A DNA stretch of 33,797 nucleotides, from the NCBI GenBank assembly GCA_046052705.1, contig JBJOLU010000181.1, positions 1 to 33,797 on the forward strand. The letters run 5' to 3'. The stretch comes from Bacteroidota bacterium. Its GTDB lineage: Bacteria > Bacteroidota > Ignavibacteria > Kapaibacteriales > NICIL-2. Shown piece by piece: positions 29,119 through 33,797 of this stretch (positions within the stretch are counted from its first letter, which is position 1; every line of letters starts with the position of its first letter). The notes beneath the pieces were generated by a model. That model was not told the origin of the DNA and made no database searches. It was given only the letters and a program-made list of their open reading frames with translations. The position numbers and the translations under genes were made by a program.

Positions 29119-29907
29119 CTACGGCTTACTGCCAATCACCACACGTTTACGGAAATACACGCCGTTCCCCACGCGAGCTTCCATCACGTAATCGCCGTCC
29201 GGCATATCGCGTTTTTTGTCGTCTTTCAAATCCCACGTTATACCGTACACTCCCGGCTGATGCACCTTATTAAGCACTGTTGCAACCACGGTCGCTGCTG
29301 TTGAGTACACCACCACAGTTACTTGCGCCGGCTCGGCTACCTCGTATCGCAAACGCGGGGAAACATCTTCTGTGAGCCCCAAGAAGGAACCAATCTGATC
29401 GAACGATGCCGTCACTCCGCCGGTAGTATTTGGCCTGAACAAACCTGCATCAAGGGCCCGGTTGATTGTAAGTTGTCGTTGCACTTCATCTACGGGATCG
29501 GGCCTGAATGCCTCGCGGTCTATAGTCATGTTTCGCAGGGCAATTACCCACGGGCTTTCCTGCAATTTTTTACGAACAATCTCCAGGTTCGACATCGCCT
29601 TCGTTGCGTCCATGGAGAAACGCAGGGACGGGCTGATTTTCAGTCGCAACGCGCGATAGTACACGCTGTCTTGATACCAACTGTAGGGATACTCTCCTAA
29701 TGAGCCACCGCCCGGAAGCGAGTCCTGAAGCGGCTTCACAGCTTTGGGCATAGTGTCTGCCTGAATAGCATCGGTGGGCTTTAGGCGCTTCGGAATAACG
29801 GGAATGGGGGTGTCGTCTACTATTTGCCCCATAGCAAACTGAAAGCTTAGGCACAACAGCAAAACCACGAGAAGCAAAGGTGAAGAGAGGCGCAATGGAG
29901 ACAACAT
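29119..29907 (-). CDS. Exported protein with C-terminal FlgD-Ig / T9SS type A CTD-like domain
   Basis: Signal peptide; C-terminal RYEV.EPAQVTVVVY...V.T...PGVY.ITWDLKD....MPDGDY. Confidence 0.7.
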   Translation of the reverse strand: MLSPLRLSSPLLLVVLLLCLSFQFAMGQIVDDTPIPVIPKRLKPTDAIQADTMPKAVKPLQDSLPGGGSLGEYPYSWYQDSVYYRALRLKISPSLRFSMDATKAMSNLEIVRKKLQESPWVIALRNMTIDREAFRPDPVDEVQRQLTINRALDAGLFRPNTTGGVTASFDQIGSFLGLTEDVSPRLRYEVAEPAQVTVVVYSTAATVVATVLNKVHQPGVYGITWDLKDDKKRDMPDGDYVMEARVGNGVYFRKRVVIGSKP

Positions 29908-29929
29908 GAAGTGGATGCAGATCGTGCCC

Positions 29930-29968
29930 TAAAATAAATAACCGGTGACCATCTCTGATCACCGGTTA
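29930..29968 (-). terminator. Rho-independent terminator after the S1-like gene
   Basis: Minus strand TAACCGGTGATCA-GAGA-TGGTCACCGGTTA followed by TTTATTTT. Confidence 0.85.
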
Positions 29969-30007
29969 CACGACGTTTACAAGATGCTCCTATTGAGGAG
30001 GAGGGAT

Positions 30008-31543
30008 TTAGCCCTGACCCGACTCACCGAACAAGCGTGAGCGCTCCGATTCCGAAAGCAAATCTGCAAGTGAGAAGTTCTTGTTTGCAGAAGCTTCAGA
30101 CTCCTTAGGTACACGGGCACGCGGTTCGCGCTCCTCGCCGCCTTCGCGACGATCACGGCGGCCACTGTCTCCGCGAGCTGCTGCTTGAGCCATCTCTTCT
30201 TCGCTCACTTTAGGAGCAAGAATCAAGGATTGATTGTCTTCGTTCATATCGGCCACAATCACCGAAACCATGTCGCCGGGTGTGTACGGAATGCGATTAC
30301 CACGCATGATGTCGCGCATCTTGGAACGTGGCATAAATCCATCGTACTCTCCGCCAACGGTAACAACGGCGCCCTGACCCGTAACCTGCTTCACAACACC
30401 GGTAGTTTCGGCACCGATGGGGAGCTTCTCGGATAGACCTTTCCAGGGGCTGTCGCTAAGGCGTTTAAGAGAAAGACCAACTTGCTTTTTCTCTGCGGAT
30501 ACATCGGTTACCATTACTTCGATTTCCTGGCCTACGGTCAGTACTTCGGAGGGGTGACCGGTGCGCTTCGTCCAGGACAATTCGCCCACACGGAGCAAGC
30601 CTTCGATACCACGCTTGAGCTCAACAAAAGCGCCAAAGTCCGCAAGGCGCTTCACAATGCCTTTGTGGCGCGAACCTGCAGGGAAGTCTGCTTCGGCGGT
30701 TGTCCACGGCGACTCTTCAAACTCTTTTGTGCTCAACGCGATTTTATCTTTTGCTGTATCAATCTCGATGATCTTCGCTTTTACGGTATCACCACGCTTG
30801 AACATGTTATGAGGGTTCTCTACATGCTGATGCGAAATGCGCGAGATGTGAATAAGTCCGTCGTATCCGCCGATATCCACAAACACACCAAAGGGCATGA
30901 TAGTAGAGACCACACCTTCAACGGTATCTCCAACCTTAATAGATTTCAAAAACTCATTTTTCAACAGCGACTTACGCGAAGCGATAATGGAAATCTTTCC
31001 GGTTTCATCTTTTTGAATTTCAAAAACCTGAACCGGGATCGACGATCCCACAACTGATTCCAACTCTTCGTTTGTCGGAGTCTTCTTGATGTAAAACTGC
31101 GACGCGGGCAAGAACAGGCGTACGCCTTCGAACAATACGCGAAGACCGCCTTTTACTCGCTCTGCAACCTGCACGTGAATTACTTCGCCGGCTTCTTTTG
31201 CGTTCTGAAGCTTTGCCAGTAATTCATCGGTAATAACAACCGGTGCCGGGGCCTTCGGAGATTCCTCTTGTGCCGGTGATTCAGCGGGTGCGTCAGCCTG
31301 CGGCGCCTGTGCAACAGCTTCTGCGGGAGCGGGAGCTTCCGCCGGCGCTTCAGCAACGGGTTCCGTAGGTTGATGTGATTCTACATGTGTTTGAGCAGCC
31401 GCTGCATCGCCAGAGTGGTCGGTAGTCGCCATCGCATCAGCAACGGGCACTGAATTTTCTGCGGCGGTTGATGCCGCCTCCGTGGGCACGTCGCCGCCTT
31501 GTGCAGCATCGGGCTCGGAGTAAAAGAAATAGCGCTCGTTCAT
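30008..31543 (-). CDS. Ribosomal protein S1-like protein with four S1 domains and a disordered acidic N-terminus
   Basis: S1 repeats KGGLRV..FLPASQ, FGVFVDIGGYDGLIHIS, FGAFVEL..GIEGLL..ELSW, GAVV...DGFMP; GGAG before ATG 31543. Confidence 0.88.
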   Translation of the reverse strand: MNERYFFYSEPDAAQGGDVPTEAASTAAENSVPVADAMATTDHSGDAAAAQTHVESHQPTEPVAEAPAEAPAPAEAVAQAPQADAPAESPAQEESPKAPAPVVITDELLAKLQNAKEAGEVIHVQVAERVKGGLRVLFEGVRLFLPASQFYIKKTPTNEELESVVGSSIPVQVFEIQKDETGKISIIASRKSLLKNEFLKSIKVGDTVEGVVSTIMPFGVFVDIGGYDGLIHISRISHQHVENPHNMFKRGDTVKAKIIEIDTAKDKIALSTKEFEESPWTTAEADFPAGSRHKGIVKRLADFGAFVELKRGIEGLLRVGELSWTKRTGHPSEVLTVGQEIEVMVTDVSAEKKQVGLSLKRLSDSPWKGLSEKLPIGAETTGVVKQVTGQGAVVTVGGEYDGFMPRSKMRDIMRGNRIPYTPGDMVSVIVADMNEDNQSLILAPKVSEEEMAQAAARGDSGRRDRREGGEEREPRARVPKESEASANKNFSLADLLSESERSRLFGESGQG

Positions 31544-31625
31544 AGAGAGTATCTCCAATAGAGTGAAAAAAGTAGAGTTGTGCCGTCGAGCCGCATACCC
31601 TGAAGTGGCGGCCGGAATTGAGTTG

Positions 31626-31633
31626 CGAATATA
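31626..31633 (-). promoter_or_regulatory. Possible -7 promoter element for the S1-like gene
   Basis: TATATTCG on the minus strand, one mismatch to TAnnTTTG, about 80 nt upstream of the ATG. Confidence 0.3.
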
Positions 31634-31762
31634 CGGGCAAGTGCGCTAACCACCCAGACATGCGCGCAGGTTCTACAGTAGCACGATGCACTGGCCGGCG
31701 TAAAGATTTCACAACAGATCAGTAGTGCAGGGCAATCACAACGTGATTTCGTAGATCATGTT

Positions 31763-32215
31763 TCACGATTCGTTGTGTGTCTTGGTACTCAGCGTAGTAT
31801 GGAAAATCTCCAGGCAGAGTTTTTGCGAGGGGATAATAAGCGCGTTTACTGCATCCTCATAGCCCAGCCAGGCATATGCGTCATGTTCGCCGGAGAGCAC
31901 GACGGTGGAGTGTTCATGCACGAGCATTCCAAAACAGGGAGTGTGCTCTATGGTGTCTGTGTGCGGTGAATACCACGTGGCCACGTGGGGTAGCACCCAC
32001 ATGCGCTCGGCATGAAACCCGGTTTCTTCGAATACTTCGCGACGGGCTGTAGCAACGGCGGTTTCGTCCGGTTCCATTCGTCCGGTAACGCATTGATGTA
32101 AGCCGGGATAGATCTTCACATCGGGAGATCTCCGAAGTACGAGAAACTCCCATGTCCCTCTGGAAGCTTGGCGCGCTACGTGGACTTGAACCATCGTTGA
32201 TACAGATTTCGCCAT
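31763..32215 (-). CDS. Nudix hydrolase (NudB/Ap4A-hydrolase-like)
   Basis: Complete Nudix box GRMEPDETAVATARREVFEETG, preceded by QCVTG; LSGEHDAYAW. Confidence 0.92.
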   Translation of the reverse strand: MAKSVSTMVQVHVARQASRGTWEFLVLRRSPDVKIYPGLHQCVTGRMEPDETAVATARREVFEETGFHAERMWVLPHVATWYSPHTDTIEHTPCFGMLVHEHSTVVLSGEHDAYAWLGYEDAVNALIIPSQKLCLEIFHTTLSTKTHNES

Positions 32216-33582
32216 GTGCTTTTCTCTTCTTCTTGAGTGGCAACTTCGCCCGTTACACGATCATGAATTTCTTCATGCTGTACCGAGCGAGTAATGATCT
32301 CTTGCATTTCGTCGGCCGACAAACGTCGCCACGATCCTGCCGGCAGGCTCTCTACCGAAATGCCTCCCACGCGCCTTCGTTCCATAGCCAGCAGATGCAA
32401 GCCGGCTTGATGCAGAGCTTTGGTGATGTCGTGGTATTTGGCTCGGCGCACGGTGATACTAAGCCACAAACTTCGTGTATTTGTTTGCGCTATGCATACA
32501 CGAACACCTTCGGAATTCTCCGGGTACGCGGATTCAATAGTATCGGCAATGGATTTGAGCGTGCTCTCGGAGATCTTCTTTTCCGGCAGTTTGATCTTCG
32601 CGTAATACTCTTTGTCCATCAGAGCAAACACGTTGTTGTTCACATCTCGCTGATCCGGATCGTTTGTGAGAATAATAATTCCGCTTGCGCTTTTGGCAAG
32701 AGGACCAAGAGGGATAGACCATCCACTTTTCTTGGAGATAAGATTCATCACATGCCTGGACTGTGGCTCTCGCGCTCCGGCAAACTTCTTGGGCTTATTC
32801 ATCGCGATGTAAATGCCGCGAGGATTATGCGCCAATACTTGTCCGTCTACGCGCACTTCGTCTTGCATCAATCGCACCGGTGCATTAACGTGTCGCGCCG
32901 GCTTGTCGTTCACAGTTACAATACCCTGCTTGATGATTTTCAATGCAAAACCGCGCGATGCATAAAGCAATCGAACAAGAGCTTTGGTAACATTCGTAGG
33001 CCGCTGACGCTGTGGGGGCCTGGGTCCGCGGTCTCCGTCGGCTCCTCCGCGATAGCGAGAACGCATTCTTCGTGGTTCCTGAAACTCTCTGTTGTCATCA
33101 CGGCGATAACTCTCTCGCGGGCGAAACTCCTCCCGTCCGCGAAACTCCTCCCGTCCGCGGTACTCTTCCCGTCCGCGGTACTCTTCCCGTCCGCGGTACG
33201 GTGGCCTATCATCACGGCGAAAATCTCCGCGGGGGCGATCTGCATCACGATCACGATATCCTTCGCGCGGGCGATACGACTCACGGTCGCGATAAGATTC
33301 GCGGTCGCGTGCGGGGTATGGTGGTTCGTCAAATGGAGGGCGTCGAGACGTGCGTGGACGATCAAATGATGTCGGATCCTGGCGAAACGAAGAACGGGGA
33401 TGCGGCGGTTCGGTGCGGTACACGGGCGAGCCATAGCGATCACGTCGCTGCGGATTGAGCGCAGGTGAATCTGACGACAAAGGCTGTTGCTCTTCGTAAT
33501 TGGGTTTGTCGTCCGAATACAACGGATCTACTATACGCGGTGTTCCCCTGCGACGACGATCGTCGTCTGCATCGATGCTCAT
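32176..33582 (-). CDS. RluB/RsuA-family pseudouridine-synthase-like protein with degenerate active site, S4 domain and R/D/E-rich N-terminal tail
   Basis: S4-like ASR....IIKQG.VTVND, MNKP motif I, GPLAKSASGIIILTND in place of GRLD, KEYYAKI, RRRVGGI....LPAGSWRRLS. Confidence 0.85.
   Translation of the reverse strand: MSIDADDDRRRRGTPRIVDPLYSDDKPNYEEQQPLSSDSPALNPQRRDRYGSPVYRTEPPHPRSSFRQDPTSFDRPRTSRRPPFDEPPYPARDRESYRDRESYRPREGYRDRDADRPRGDFRRDDRPPYRGREEYRGREEYRGREEFRGREEFRPRESYRRDDNREFQEPRRMRSRYRGGADGDRGPRPPQRQRPTNVTKALVRLLYASRGFALKIIKQGIVTVNDKPARHVNAPVRLMQDEVRVDGQVLAHNPRGIYIAMNKPKKFAGAREPQSRHVMNLISKKSGWSIPLGPLAKSASGIIILTNDPDQRDVNNNVFALMDKEYYAKIKLPEKKISESTLKSIADTIESAYPENSEGVRVCIAQTNTRSLWLSITVRRAKYHDITKALHQAGLHLLAMERRRVGGISVESLPAGSWRRLSADEMQEIITRSVQHEEIHDRVTGEVATQEEEKSTWRNLYQRWFKST
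33121..33199. repeat. In-frame 18-bp tandem repeat, 4 full copies plus a partial one (encodes RGREE[Y/F])
   Basis: gcgaaactcctcccgtcc x2, then gcggtactcttcccgtcc x2, then gcggtac. Confidence 0.95.
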
Positions 33583-33660
33583 TTCCCCTCCCTCAACAAG
33601 GAAAGCGTGGCGAATGTGGTGACTCCCCTAAACCGACCTCAAAATACACATAAATAGAAG

Positions 33661-33797
33661 TCAAAGAAGGCCGGCAATAAATTGCAGGAGGTGGTGAGCA
33701 TCCTGTTCCCAATTATATCGCTTTTTCGCGGCTGCTAGGCCATTTTCCGACATCTTCGCAACGTCATGATTCGGCATATTTTTGATCGCCTCAATGA
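33661..33797 (-). CDS. C-terminal end of a probable GT4-family glycosyltransferase (partial, runs off the window)
   Basis: Manual translation IEAIKNMPNHDVAKMSENGLAAAKKRYNWEQDAHHLLQFIAGLL* matches the GT4 C-terminal 'M..NG......Y.W' pattern. Confidence 0.65.
   Translation of the reverse strand, partial: IEAIKNMPNHDVAKMSENGLAAAKKRYNWEQDAHHLLQFIAGLL

Noticed and set aside
31493-31543. N-terminal RYFFYSEPDAAQGG of the S1-like protein as a protease-cleavage leader
   Set aside because: Only a vague resemblance to processed leaders; no supporting protease gene or conservation data
33121-33199. Tandem repeat as a CRISPR array
   Set aside because: No spacers, in-frame within a CDS, and no cas genes; no tRNA, rRNA or transposase was recognised anywhere in the window either
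32152-33369. 405-aa plus-strand ORF opposite the pseudouridine-synthase-like gene
   Set aside because: Antisense shadow; its repeats merely mirror the 18-bp repeat

Overview
The window looks like chromosomal DNA from an FCB-group bacterium. A Chlorobi/Ignavibacteria/Kapabacteria-like lineage is inferred from hprK, a TAnnTTTG promoter-like motif, a short L24 and T9SS-like proteins. Bases 1-11.9 kb hold the distal S10, spc and alpha ribosomal operons (rplV to rplQ, with secY, map, infA, rpoA and an rpmJ missed by the ORF track); rpsD is absent. Next come engB, purE, a Wzz/O-antigen-ligase/GT-C trio, a small HicB-like gene, a secreted TPR protein, a decayed histidine kinase gene, a PorW/SprE-like TPR lipoprotein, hprK, and a TolC-MacA-ATPase-two-permease exporter. 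The window ends with a minus-strand run of GT4 (partial), pseudouridine-synthase-like, Nudix, S1-like and FlgD/CTD genes. Two signals stand out. (1) A structured leader in front of rpsH contains a close mimic of the 16S rRNA helix-21 S8-binding site, making it a candidate S8 autoregulatory RNA at a position different from the E. coli one. (2) A cluster of RNA-associated paralogs pairs an apparently catalytically dead RluB/RsuA-like protein with a Nudix hydrolase and a 4-domain S1 paralog whose ribosome-anchoring domain is replaced by a disordered tail. All calls come from motif recognition by eye; no searches were run.
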